A stretch of DNA of 64,000 bases from an uncultured Lentisphaeraceae bacterium (GTDB lineage Bacteria; Verrucomicrobiota; Kiritimatiellia; RFP12; DVOR01), in NCBI GenBank assembly GCA_937892925.1, contig CALBHX010000088.1, forward strand, positions 6,554-70,553. The letters are read 5' to 3'. The translations under genes and the position numbers were made by a program. The notes beneath the pieces are model-generated. The model was not told the origin of the DNA. It did not search any database and saw only the letters and a list, made by a program, of their open reading frames with translations. Below are positions 53,576 through 63,234 of this stretch, one piece after another. The first letter of the stretch is position 1. The number at the start of each line of letters is the position of its first letter.

Positions 53576-55123
53576 ATGGAAGAACAGGAACAGATTCTGG
53601 TGCTGGACTTCGGGTCGCAATACAGTCAGCTGATTGCGCGGCGGATTCGCGAGTGCCATGTGTATAGTCAGGTGCTGCCCTTCTCCACGCCGGTGGAGAA
53701 GCTGCGGGCGCTGAAGCCGCGCGGCATCATTCTTTCGGGCGGGCCGTGCAGCGTGTATGAGGCGGGTGCGCCGGCCGTGCAGCGGGAGCTCTTTGAGCTG
53801 GGCATTCCGGTGCTGGGCATTTGCTATGGGATGCAGCTGATGGTGCAGACTTTGGGCGGTAAGGTGGGGCCGGGCACGCGGCGGGAATACGGCCGTGCGG
53901 AGCTGCGCGTGACGGAGGCCGATTCGCCTTTGCTGCGGGGGTTGCCGCAGGCATCGGTGATGTGGATGAGCCATGGCGACAAGGTGCTGGCCGTTCCGGA
54001 AGGGACGCGCACCATCGCGGTTACGGATAACACGGAATATGCCGCTGTTGCCATTGAAGGGCGCGATCTGTACGGCATTCAGTTCCACCCCGAAGTGGTT
54101 CATTCCGATTATGGCACGCAGTTGCTGCGCAACTTCTGCTTGGAGATCTGCCGGTGCTCGGGCTCGTGGTCGATGGCCTCCTTTATTGAAACCCAAACGC
54201 AGGCGATTCGCGAGACGGTGGGCGATAAGCACGTGATCCTCGGTCTTTCCGGCGGAGTGGACAGCTCCGTTGCGGCGGCGTTGATTCACCGCGCCATTGG
54301 CAAACAGCTGACGTGTATTTTTGTGGATAACGGCCTTCTGCGTAAAAATGAAGCCGCCCGCGTGCAGCAGCTGTTTGCGGATAACTTTGCGATGAATCTG
54401 TGCTTCGTGGATGCATCGGAGCGGTTTCTGAGCAAGCTTGCCGGCGTGGATGAGCCGGAGGCCAAGCGCAAGATTATCGGCCACACGTTTGTGGACGTTT
54501 TCGCGGATGCGGCGCGGTCGATTCCGAATGTGGACTTTTTGGCGCAGGGCACCACGTATCCCGACGTGATTGAGTCGGTGCCGATCAACGGCAACCCTTC
54601 GGCCATGATCAAGAGCCATCACAACGTGGGCGGGTTGCCGCCCGACTTGAAGTTCAAGCTGCTGGAGCCGCTTTCGCGTCTCTTTAAGGATGAGGTACGT
54701 GAAGTGGGGCGGCTGCTTGGCTTGCCGGAGGATGTGGTGATGCGCCAGCCGTTCCCGGGGCCCGGTTTGGGGGTGCGTTGTTTGGGCGCGGTGGACAAAG
54801 CGAAGCTGGATATCCTGCGCGAGGCGGATGATATCCTTGTTTCCGAAGTTAAAGCCGCTGGGTACTACTACAAAACGTGGCAGGCATTCGCCGTTTTTCT
54901 GCCCGTTCGCTCCGTGGGCGTGATGGGTGACCAGCGGACGTATGACTATGTGATTGCGCTGCGCATTGTGCAGTCTTCGGATGGCATGACGGCAGATTGG
55001 GTATCGCTGCCCGATCCGTTGATCCGCCGCATTTCCTCGCGCATCGTCAACGAAGTGCGCGGGGTCAACCGGGTGGTTCTGGACGTTACGTCCAAACCGC
55101 CGGGCACCATCGAGTGGGAATAA
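53576..55123 (+). CDS. guaA: GMP synthase (glutamine-hydrolysing)
   Basis: GATase 'GICYGMQL', ATP-PPase 'GLSGGVDSSV', and C-terminal 'SKPPGTIEWE'. 515 aa. Confidence 0.95.
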   Translation: MEEQEQILVLDFGSQYSQLIARRIRECHVYSQVLPFSTPVEKLRALKPRGIILSGGPCSVYEAGAPAVQRELFELGIPVLGICYGMQLMVQTLGGKVGPGTRREYGRAELRVTEADSPLLRGLPQASVMWMSHGDKVLAVPEGTRTIAVTDNTEYAAVAIEGRDLYGIQFHPEVVHSDYGTQLLRNFCLEICRCSGSWSMASFIETQTQAIRETVGDKHVILGLSGGVDSSVAAALIHRAIGKQLTCIFVDNGLLRKNEAARVQQLFADNFAMNLCFVDASERFLSKLAGVDEPEAKRKIIGHTFVDVFADAARSIPNVDFLAQGTTYPDVIESVPINGNPSAMIKSHHNVGGLPPDLKFKLLEPLSRLFKDEVREVGRLLGLPEDVVMRQPFPGPGLGVRCLGAVDKAKLDILREADDILVSEVKAAGYYYKTWQAFAVFLPVRSVGVMGDQRTYDYVIALRIVQSSDGMTADWVSLPDPLIRRISSRIVNEVRGVNRVVLDVTSKPPGTIEWE

Positions 55124-55145
55124 GCCGGAAGAGCCGGCAGTCAGG

Positions 55146-55180
55146 CGCGGGGGCACGAAAGCCCCCGCGTTTATTTGTTG
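55146..55180 (+). terminator. Rho-independent terminator after guaA
   Basis: Stem cgcgggggc (55146-55154) pairing with gcccccgcg (55161-55169), loop acgaaa, then tttatttgtt. Confidence 0.75.
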
Positions 55181-55302
55181 GTGGGGGATGTTTGGAATAG
55201 ATGAGCCGCTTAGCGCACAGGGATGGATGGGGGCGAGCTGTACGGTGAAGGAACTTTCGGATGAATGGAAAGGCAGATGGATGCCTGGGGGCAGGGACGT
55301 TT

Positions 55303-56466
55303 TTAGTCGGTGATGACGCAATCGGGCTTGCTGCCGCGCCCGAGCAGCCATTGGTAGGCGGCGCTCATTTGTGCGCCGATTTGCGGCCAGCTGAAGTCTT
55401 GCGCGATCCATTCACGCCCGCGCTTGCCCATGGCCAATAAGTCTGCCTGGGGGAGGGCAAGGGCGGCTTCCAGTGTTTGTTTAAGTGAAGCGACGGCGTT
55501 GTCTACCCACCATCCGGCCTGGTGGGCGGCGAGGCTGCTCCATGGGGTGCCGGTACTGGCGATGACGGGGGTTTCGCAGGCGAGGGCTTCTGCAACGGTT
55601 ACGCCGAAGTTTTCGGTAAAGCTGGGCAGGACGCACAGCTCGGCTGTGCGCAGAAAGTCATATTTTGCCTGTTTGTGCAATTCGCCTGTGAAGCGCACGC
55701 GCGGGATGCGCTGTGCGGCGATGAGCGCGTCCAGAGCGGCTTTTCCGCCGCAATCGGGGCCGGCGATGACGAGTTCCCAATCCGGAAGCGCGGAGGCGAT
55801 GAGTCCCCACGCCGCCACCAACCGATCGACGGCTTTGATGGGGTGGATGCGCCCGAAGAAGACGAGCTGCCGCAGCGGGGAGGCGCCTTTTCGGATGTCG
55901 GGGCTGAACGAGGGCAGATCCATGCCGATGGGGATGATGGCGACGGGCTGCCGATAGCCCATGGCGCGGATTTCATCATATTCTTTCTGGCAGGTGGCGT
56001 GCCAGAGATCGGTTTGTGCCAGAGCGGCTCGCTGAAAGAGGAGCCAGAAAGGGACTTTTTTCCAGCGGGATCTCCGGAGCGCATGGGGCGCGAAGGAGCC
56101 TCGGGGAGAATTGACGAGCTTGCAGGGGGTGCCGCGGATGGCCCAGGCGGGGTAGATATTTGGGAACATCCATAGGGCGTTGCTGTGCAGGATATCCAGA
56201 GCGGGAGCAGCGTTGCAGAGTGCTGCAAATAACTCCGGAGAGCGGCCGAGGGTGTAACTTGGAATTCGATGCGAAGGATAAACGCGGTGAGGGAAGGGAA
56301 ACGGTTCAGCCTCTTTGCCGAGTGAGTAGAGTGTTACATTTACGCCTGTTTGCTGCAATCCGCTGCACAATCTGGGGACGGAATAGCTAGGCCCGGCAGA
56401 CTCTCCGCCAACACCGGCAACAACCTGTCCAACGCGTAGGGGCGGATTGGTACTGACTGCGCTCAT
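55303..56466 (-). CDS. Glycosyltransferase family 4
   Basis: ATG 56466 ('MSAVSTNPPLRVGQVV'). E-x7-E region 'SFTENFGVTVAEALACETPVIAS'. ORF-track start 56709 gives an Arg/Pro-rich extension that overlaps the upstream gene and was rejected. Confidence 0.8.
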   Translation of the reverse strand: MSAVSTNPPLRVGQVVAGVGGESAGPSYSVPRLCSGLQQTGVNVTLYSLGKEAEPFPFPHRVYPSHRIPSYTLGRSPELFAALCNAAPALDILHSNALWMFPNIYPAWAIRGTPCKLVNSPRGSFAPHALRRSRWKKVPFWLLFQRAALAQTDLWHATCQKEYDEIRAMGYRQPVAIIPIGMDLPSFSPDIRKGASPLRQLVFFGRIHPIKAVDRLVAAWGLIASALPDWELVIAGPDCGGKAALDALIAAQRIPRVRFTGELHKQAKYDFLRTAELCVLPSFTENFGVTVAEALACETPVIASTGTPWSSLAAHQAGWWVDNAVASLKQTLEAALALPQADLLAMGKRGREWIAQDFSWPQIGAQMSAAYQWLLGRGSKPDCVITD

Positions 56467-56489
56467 ACTTGAGGAACGGAGGGGCAGGC

Positions 56490-57245
56490 TTAGATGTGCT
56501 CTTCGTATCCGCGGAAGTGGACGTTGAGGCGGTGAAGGGGGGCGAGCAGCTCGCCAAGGCTGAGCCCCTGGGTGAGCTTGGCGAAGGCGTTGACGTCTTT
56601 GGGGAAGCATTTGCCGCCGTAGCCGCGCTTGCCGTCGGGGCCGGGGACGTAGGTGTGGGTGTCGTTGATATAACCGGAGAGGAGCACGCCGTTGTGGACG
56701 TTGGTCCAATCGGCGCCCATCTTTTCACAGTATTCGCGCACCGCGTTGAAGTAGGTGACTTTATAGGCGCCGAAGACGTTGTGGGCATATTTGGTGATCT
56801 CTGCTTCCAGGGGCGTCATGACGGCGAACTTTTTGCCTTTGAAGATTTTAGTCAGAAGCTCAACGGCGCCGGTGAAGACCATGGTCTGTCTCTTGAAGTC
56901 CTCGATATGCGTGCGTTCAGAGAGGAATTCGGGCATGTAGCAGACTTGATGGCCGGTTTCTTTGGTGAGCCGGTCGGAGGTGCCGGGAAGAATGGTGGTG
57001 CGCACAAATACCGGCACGTTGGGGAGCCCCATAATGAGCTCTTTCATGAGGGTGAGATCCTGCGTGCCGTCGTCTTCTGTGGGCACGTGAATCTGCAGAA
57101 ATGCAACGTCAATGGTGCTGAGGTCATCGTGATACCCTTTGGGCGGATCGCTGACGGAGATTTTGCACTCGGGGTTATTTTCTTCCAGCCAAACTTTGAG
57201 GGCTCCGCCAACGAAGCCGCACCCAATGATGCCAACATGAATCAT
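56490..57245 (-). CDS. UDP-glucose/GDP-mannose dehydrogenase-family protein, short form (251 aa) lacking the C-terminal UDP-binding domain
   Basis: Rossmann 'HVGIIGCGFVGGA'. Catalytic-Cys motif 'YGGKCFPKD' lies about 30 aa from the C-terminus. ATG 57245. Confidence 0.65.
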   Translation of the reverse strand: MIHVGIIGCGFVGGALKVWLEENNPECKISVSDPPKGYHDDLSTIDVAFLQIHVPTEDDGTQDLTLMKELIMGLPNVPVFVRTTILPGTSDRLTKETGHQVCYMPEFLSERTHIEDFKRQTMVFTGAVELLTKIFKGKKFAVMTPLEAEITKYAHNVFGAYKVTYFNAVREYCEKMGADWTNVHNGVLLSGYINDTHTYVPGPDGKRGYGGKCFPKDVNAFAKLTQGLSLGELLAPLHRLNVHFRGYEEHI

Positions 57246-57486
57246 AGAGCTTCCCTTCTTTCGCGCACAGTAAGCGCGCCTGAACCGATTGCCGTTGCCC
57301 CACATTATACCGCATTTGCCGCCGGTGTGTTTACGGCGGCTAAGAAGCCGCCCAGGGGCGGGTTATATCCGCGCAGGGGCGACGCGGGTTTGTGCTACAA
57401 TGCGCCTCGCAGCTGCCGGGGATGCGGCCTTTTTTCAGATGGTCTGCACAGAGCCTGGAGTGGTTTGCCTATTGAGAAATAAGCTT

Positions 57487-58704
57487 ATGAATATTTTGCT
57501 TTTCAGTCTTGTTTTCAATCCGGACAATGTGTCAACAGCGCAGATTATGGCCGGGCTGGCTGAGGATTTGCAGCAGCGGGGGCATACGCTCACGGTCATC
57601 ACCACCACGCCTCACTTTCACCCCGATGCCAGCCTTGCTGCGGCGCAGCCTCTTCGCCCGTGGATAGGCCGTTTGATTCAGCGCTCCGAGCTTTCCGGCA
57701 TTCCGGTGTATCACATCTGGGTGCCCAATAAAAGCGTCTGGCCGCCGCTTCGGGTGCTCAGCTGGCTGTGGTTTCATTTCTTCAGTGTGGTGCTGGCGCT
57801 GTGCCTGCGCTTCCGCCCGCGTGTCATTCTTGCCTGCTCCCCGCCCATCACGATTGGTCTGGCTGCCCGTTTCGCTGCTGCGTGCCTGCGGGCGGATTAT
57901 ATTTACAACGTCCAGGAGCTTTATCCGGATATCGCCGTAAATCTGGGCTACGTGAAAAACCCCCGTCTGATAGCCTGCCTTTCGGCAGTTGAGCGCGCGG
58001 TCTATTCTAAAGCCCTCGCCGTCACGTCCATCACCGAGGCCATGTGCGCCAAAATCCGCACCCGGACTGACCCAGCCAAAGTGGTGTTCATTCCCAACTT
58101 TGTGGAGCTGCCTCCTCCTGAGGCGCTTCCCCCTGACGTGCCTCATGCAGACTTTGTGATCACCTATGCCGGCAATATGGGCACGCCTCAGAATCTCGGC
58201 CTCCTCATTGAAGCCGCTCCGTTTCTGAAGGGCGTCCGTATCCGCCTGATTGGCGATGGCGGCGACAAGGCGCGCTTGCTTGCGCTTGCCCAACGCCTGG
58301 GCGTGCTGGAAAAAAGCGTTTTCTTCGAGCCCTATCGGCCGCTTTCCGATATGCCAGCCATTTATGCGGAGAGCGATCTCTTCTATGTGGCGCAGATGCC
58401 GGAAGCCTGCTCCGATGGCATTCCTTCCAAAATCTATCGGATTCTTGGCCACCGCAAGCCTCTGCTCATTGCCACAGCCGAAACGGCCGATCTCGCCCAA
58501 TTCGTCCGCCGGATGGAGGGCGGTGTGGTGGTGAGTGACTTTTCCGCGCAAACGCTCGCCCATACGGTTGAAAGCCTGCGTACCGATCCTGCCCGGCTCT
58601 CCCGCATGGCAGCGCAGGGCTATGCCAACGTTTCCCGATACTATGCCCGCGCTGCGGTGACGGAGCAGTATGACGCGCTTCTCCGCGCCCGCGTCCGCCT
58701 TTGA
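57487..58704 (+). CDS. Glycosyltransferase family 4 (WcaI-like)
   Basis: ATG 57487. 'MNILLFSLVFNPDNVSTAQIMAGLAEDLQQRGHTLTVIT' and 'GIPSKIYRILGHRKPLL'. Divergent from the 56490-57245 gene. Confidence 0.8.
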   Translation: MNILLFSLVFNPDNVSTAQIMAGLAEDLQQRGHTLTVITTTPHFHPDASLAAAQPLRPWIGRLIQRSELSGIPVYHIWVPNKSVWPPLRVLSWLWFHFFSVVLALCLRFRPRVILACSPPITIGLAARFAAACLRADYIYNVQELYPDIAVNLGYVKNPRLIACLSAVERAVYSKALAVTSITEAMCAKIRTRTDPAKVVFIPNFVELPPPEALPPDVPHADFVITYAGNMGTPQNLGLLIEAAPFLKGVRIRLIGDGGDKARLLALAQRLGVLEKSVFFEPYRPLSDMPAIYAESDLFYVAQMPEACSDGIPSKIYRILGHRKPLLIATAETADLAQFVRRMEGGVVVSDFSAQTLAHTVESLRTDPARLSRMAAQGYANVSRYYARAAVTEQYDALLRARVRL

Positions 58705-58972
58705 TTGTCCGCTTCGCTCCGGCTGCTCGTTATGCGTTTGGGCGGTGCCTGCTCGGCGGCGTGCCGGTTTTCTCAACGTCCGCCCCGGGCGCAGGGTCAA
58801 CCCGCCCCGGCTTCGTCTTTAACCCGGGGCGGAGGCCGTTTCCGCCCGGCTGGGCGGTGGAGCCGGTTGCGGTTGGGGCTGGGCGGCGCTCGCCCGTGAA
58901 TGCTTCGGCCCGGCCTGCACGGCTTTTTGCCTGAGGCTCAGGAGCGGGGGTTGGCGGATTGTGGGGGGTGTG

Positions 58973-58981
58973 TGTTACAAT
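58973..58981 (+). promoter_or_regulatory. Candidate extended -10 element (TGtTACAAT) for gltX
   Basis: TG at 58973-58974 and TACAAT at 58976-58981, 33 nt upstream of the gltX ATG. Confidence 0.3.
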
Positions 58982-59013
58982 ACTCGAACGTTTTTCTTTG
59001 AGGAGTTTGCTTT

Positions 59014-60339
59014 ATGGCAGAGAAAGTCCGGGTTCGTTTTGCGCCGTCGCCAACGGGTAAGGTGCATATCGGGAACATTCGCGCGGCGATTTTCAACTGG
59101 CTTTATGCCCGACACACGGGGGGTGAGTTTTTGCTCCGTGTGGAAGATACGGATCTGGAGCGCTCCACACCGGAGGCCATTCGGACGCTGCTGGACTGCA
59201 TGCAGTGGCTGGGGTTGGATTACGATGGTGAAGTGATGTATCAGACAAGCCAGCGCGCACATCATCTGGCGGTGGCTGAGGAGCTTCTGGCCAAGGGCTA
59301 TGCCTACAAGGAAAACAAGGGCGGGCAGGGTGAATGCGTGATCTTCCGGATGCCGAAAGAGGGCGTTATTGAATATGACGACCTGGTGAAGGGGCACATG
59401 AAGAAACAGGCCAAAGACACGCAGGACTTTGTAATCGTCCGCTCTGACGGTTCGCCGGTCTTTCACCTGGCCAATGTGCTTGATGATATTACGCAGGGTG
59501 TGACGCACATTATCCGCGGCGATGATCACGTGGAGAATACCTTCAAGCATATCATGCTCTTTAAGGCGATCGGTGCGCCCGTGCCGCAGTATGCACACTT
59601 GCCGATGATTGTAAATGCTGCCGGCAAGCCCTACTCCAAGCGCGACGGCTCGGCGTTTGTGGGCGAATTCCGCGAGCAGGGCTATCTGCCTGAAACCCTC
59701 TTCAATTATCTGGCGCTTCTGGGCTGGGCGCCCGGCGATGACCGCGAAATCATGACGCGTGAGGAAATGGTGGCGGCTTTCGACTTTGCCAAGTGCAAGG
59801 CTTCCCCGGCGCGCTTTGACCTGAAGAAGCTCACGTGGATGAACGGTGAATATATAGCCCATCAGCCGCGGGCTGCATTTGAACAGGCGTTCGATGCCCG
59901 GCTTCAGACAGCAGGCCTTCCAGTCGAACCCCTGAATGGGCACCGTCAGGAACTGCTTGATCAGATTCAGCCGCGGACAAAAACCTATGCTGATATTCCG
60001 GGGAACTGCGCCTGGTTCTTTGAGGAAGTCTATCCCTTTGACGCAAAGGCCGTGACGAAGCGGCTGCATGGAGAGGGCATCCCGGCGCTGCTGGAGGAAA
60101 TTGCCGCGGCGCTGGAGGCTCTGCCGGACTTTACGGTGGAAGCCGGCGAGGCGCGGATCCGCGCGATGGGCGAGGAAAAAGGGTGCGGCATGGGCCCGCT
60201 GGTTCACCCGATCCGCGTGGCGGTGTCGGGGCGGATGGAGGGGCCGGGGCTCTTTGAAATGCTTTGGCTTCTGGGGCGTGAGCGGACGCTTCGGCGCTTG
60301 CGCGAAACGGCGGCGCGTCTGCGCGAAGGCACCCTGTGA
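59014..60339 (+). CDS. gltX: Glutamate--tRNA ligase
   Basis: 'VRVRFAPSPTGKVHIGNIRAAIFNWL' is the HIGH-type motif. 'FLLRVEDTD', 'GDDH' and 'GKPYSKRDG' (KMSKS-type) are present. Confidence 0.9.
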   Translation: MAEKVRVRFAPSPTGKVHIGNIRAAIFNWLYARHTGGEFLLRVEDTDLERSTPEAIRTLLDCMQWLGLDYDGEVMYQTSQRAHHLAVAEELLAKGYAYKENKGGQGECVIFRMPKEGVIEYDDLVKGHMKKQAKDTQDFVIVRSDGSPVFHLANVLDDITQGVTHIIRGDDHVENTFKHIMLFKAIGAPVPQYAHLPMIVNAAGKPYSKRDGSAFVGEFREQGYLPETLFNYLALLGWAPGDDREIMTREEMVAAFDFAKCKASPARFDLKKLTWMNGEYIAHQPRAAFEQAFDARLQTAGLPVEPLNGHRQELLDQIQPRTKTYADIPGNCAWFFEEVYPFDAKAVTKRLHGEGIPALLEEIAAALEALPDFTVEAGEARIRAMGEEKGCGMGPLVHPIRVAVSGRMEGPGLFEMLWLLGRERTLRRLRETAARLREGTL

Positions 60340-60356
60340 GCCCGGCGGAGCCTGCG

Positions 60357-60941
60357 ATGAAGCTGTTGGTCGCCACGCGCAACGCGCACAAGCTCGAAGA
60401 GATCCGCGCCCTTCTGCCAGGGGTGGAGCTGGTTGGCACGGCGGCTTGGCCGCAGGTGCCCGATCCGGAGGAAACAGGGCAGACGTTTGAGGCCAATGCC
60501 GCCATCAAGGCGGCGGCTTGGTGCGCCGCCATAGGGCTCCCCGCGTTGGCGGATGATTCGGGCTTGGAAGTGGAGGCGCTGGGCGGAGCGCCCGGGATTT
60601 ATTCGGCGCGTTATGCCGGCGTGCACGGCGACACGGCGGCCAATAATGCCAGGCTGCTGCGCGATCTGGCGGGCGTGCCGCCGGAAAAGCGCGGGGCGCG
60701 GTTTGTCTGCGCATTGGCTCTGGCGCTTCCGGGCGAGCCGGTGCGGACGCTGCGGGGGGAATGTGCGGGGCGGATTCTGCTGGAGCCCCGCGGGGTGCAT
60801 GGGTTTGGGTATGATCCGCTCTTTGCGCCGGAGGGTTTTGACGCTTCCTTTGGGGAATTGCCGGAAGCGGTCAAGGCGCGCCTCTCTCACCGGGCGCGGG
60901 CGTTTGCACTGGCGCGGGAACACTGGCCGGAGGTTCGTTGA
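60357..60941 (+). CDS. rdgB: Non-canonical purine NTP (dITP/XTP) pyrophosphatase, RdgB/HAM1 family
   Basis: 'MKLLVATRNAHKLEEI', 'ETGQTFEANA', 'ADDSGLEVEALGGAPGIYSARYAG', 'GFGYDPLF'. Confidence 0.85.
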   Translation: MKLLVATRNAHKLEEIRALLPGVELVGTAAWPQVPDPEETGQTFEANAAIKAAAWCAAIGLPALADDSGLEVEALGGAPGIYSARYAGVHGDTAANNARLLRDLAGVPPEKRGARFVCALALALPGEPVRTLRGECAGRILLEPRGVHGFGYDPLFAPEGFDASFGELPEAVKARLSHRARAFALAREHWPEVR

Positions 60942-60942
60942 A

Positions 60943-63177
60943 ATGCGGCTGCGGGTTGGATTGGCGGGGCTCCTGTTTCTGGCTGCCCCGTTTTTGTTTT
61001 CTGCGGCAAGGGTAGAGGTGTTCTCCGGGCTGGAGGGAGCTACCGCTTCCGGGAAGAACTGGGCCGGCACAGGGGCGTGGACAAACGGTTTCGCAAAGGC
61101 GTGTAAGATGCGCCTGACAGGGCTTACGCTGGCGCCGCCGCAGGCCGCAGGCGGGCAGTCGAGCATGAAACGAAGCGTGGAAACGCCCGAGCCCATGGTT
61201 TCCCTGCGCGTTTCCTGCGTGGCGAGCACCGCTTCGGCCTGTAAAACACACGTGCTTGGCGTGCGCCTGAACGGCGGGGAGCTGCTGACGCAGGAGGTGA
61301 AACTGGAAGGAAAGGGCACGCCGAGCACGGCGGTCTTCCGCTGGGATGACGTCCAGGCGGTGAGCACGCTGGAGCTAACGAATGAGACGGCTAAGGGAAG
61401 CACCCTCTTTGAGGTGGCAGACGTGGCGTGGGAGGCAGACTTCCCAGCGATTGCCGTAACGCCTTCTTTTGCCGCAAACGTGGCGGTGGGGGACGCTTTT
61501 GCGGTGTCGCTGGAGGCCTGCTCGGGCGGATCGGGGGTGTATACGCGCTTTGTCTGGGGCTTCGATGGAGAGACGCAGACGGTGGATGCCGCCAATGCCT
61601 GCGTGACGTTTACTGCGCCGGAGACCGATGGCGCGTATCCGCTGACGCTGGCCGTTACCGACAGCCGAGGCATAACGGCTTCTTTTTCGTGGGAAATCAT
61701 TGTAACGCCTTATACTGCAGCGCGAGGGCTGAAGGCAGTAAATTGCTCACGCACCGGGCTGCGCCTGACGTGGGAACAGCCCGGCGCCCACGCGGTAACG
61801 GCCTATACGGTGACGGTGCGCCTGGCCGATCCGCCCACGGTGGAGCGGACGTTTATGCCGGAGTGGGAGCAGGTGGGCGGGGATTTGTGGCAGCTGCGCA
61901 CGCCGCTCGCCCTGCCGGAGCTGACCCATGGCGCCGCTGTTAAAAGCGCCTATCTTGTTCCGATGCAGTGGACGGGCTCGGCTCTGGCCTGGAGCCTGGA
62001 TGAGGGGCGATCCTGGCTTTCGGCCATGACGCTGAGCGGGCGGTGGATGCTGGGTAAAATGGCCGCAGGCCAGCAGACGCTTCAGGTGCGGAGTACGGGC
62101 GCGCCGCCGCCCTTTTTCCGTCTGCTGCTCACGATGTCCGACCACGTGGCGGAGCGGACGCTGGAGGCAACGGGGGCTGAACGCGCCTGCGACTTCACCG
62201 GTCTGCCGGCCGGCACGCCGCTGAACGTTACGGTGACCACGCTGTTCCGCCGGGACGACGGCACGGAGGCGCCTTTCAGCTCCGAACCGCTGGGTTTGAC
62301 GCTGGCTGCTGTTCCGGTGCCGGCGCTTTCGGCCAATGCCGCTTACTCCTGCCTTTCCATCGCCTGGCCTGAGGAGGAAAGCAGTCTTGCCGGCGAGGTG
62401 GTGCTTCACGCCGCCGCCGCGATTCAGAAAACGCTTCCTCCGGGGCTTTATCTCACGCGGGTGTATCTCACGGGCAACGCCGCCGCCGCGGAGGGTGAAA
62501 AGCTGCCGGCCGGTAAGGCTGTTGTGCTCACGAATACCTCTTCTGAAACCATCTTTTTGAACGGCGCTTATGCGTTTCGGATCGCCAAAACCGTCGAGGG
62601 CGTTGAGAAGTCTTATACGTGGGACTTCGGCCTGGTTTATAAAAATGCCGAGGGGGAATCCGTGCGCGTCTTCCCATATGCCGTCCCGGCCGGTGGTGAG
62701 CTCTGCTTCTATAGCGCGCAAAGCAGCTATGCGCCCCCTGCCGAGCTTCAGCCCAATGCGGAGCCGGTCTCCACCGTGGCGCTCAACTATCTTACGGCCG
62801 ACTACACCCTTACGCTTTTACATGAGGAGTGCCCGGTCAATACGCTCCGCCCCGAGCTGAATGCCGTGGTGCGCTTGTGGGATGATTCCCTCACCCACGC
62901 CGAAACCTATGCGGTCTCTGCCGCAGATACGCAGCTCCCGGCGCTCAATAATCCGTGGTCGAAGTTGGAGGAAGACCGCGTCCTCGCCCGTCTTTCCTTT
63001 GCCCGGGGCCCTTCGGCGCAGCTCTTCTATGCCGGTTATCTGGCGAATCTCGACAGCCGCGTTTCCCGTGTGTGGGCCGAAGCGTTTCTGAAAGACGGCA
63101 ACAGCTATTCAAAACCGGCGGTGCAGATGCTTTGGACGCGCCTCTCCAACCCCGGCCTGCGCCTGCTTTTCCGCTGA
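60943..63177 (+). CDS. Secreted protein with PKD-like and fibronectin type III-like domains; function unknown
   Basis: ATG 60943 is in frame with ORF 60553. Signal peptide 'MRLRVGLAGLLFLAAPFLFSA'. PKD-like 'YTRFVWGFDGETQTVDAANACVTFTAPETDGAYPLTLAVTDSRG'. FN3-like 'GLKAVNCSRTGLRLTWEQPGAHAVTAYTVTVR'. Confidence 0.7.
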   Translation: MRLRVGLAGLLFLAAPFLFSAARVEVFSGLEGATASGKNWAGTGAWTNGFAKACKMRLTGLTLAPPQAAGGQSSMKRSVETPEPMVSLRVSCVASTASACKTHVLGVRLNGGELLTQEVKLEGKGTPSTAVFRWDDVQAVSTLELTNETAKGSTLFEVADVAWEADFPAIAVTPSFAANVAVGDAFAVSLEACSGGSGVYTRFVWGFDGETQTVDAANACVTFTAPETDGAYPLTLAVTDSRGITASFSWEIIVTPYTAARGLKAVNCSRTGLRLTWEQPGAHAVTAYTVTVRLADPPTVERTFMPEWEQVGGDLWQLRTPLALPELTHGAAVKSAYLVPMQWTGSALAWSLDEGRSWLSAMTLSGRWMLGKMAAGQQTLQVRSTGAPPPFFRLLLTMSDHVAERTLEATGAERACDFTGLPAGTPLNVTVTTLFRRDDGTEAPFSSEPLGLTLAAVPVPALSANAAYSCLSIAWPEEESSLAGEVVLHAAAAIQKTLPPGLYLTRVYLTGNAAAAEGEKLPAGKAVVLTNTSSETIFLNGAYAFRIAKTVEGVEKSYTWDFGLVYKNAEGESVRVFPYAVPAGGELCFYSAQSSYAPPAELQPNAEPVSTVALNYLTADYTLTLLHEECPVNTLRPELNAVVRLWDDSLTHAETYAVSAADTQLPALNNPWSKLEEDRVLARLSFARGPSAQLFYAGYLANLDSRVSRVWAEAFLKDGNSYSKPAVQMLWTRLSNPGLRLLFR

Positions 63178-63234
63178 GCCCCATCATTTTTGGTATCATA
63201 TCAGCGTTTATTCACTTGATCAGGAGCGTTTCTT

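Noticed and set aside
53426-55411. 661-aa minus-strand ORF across guaA
   Set aside because: It is antisense to canonical GMP synthase. The translation is Arg/His/Pro-rich.
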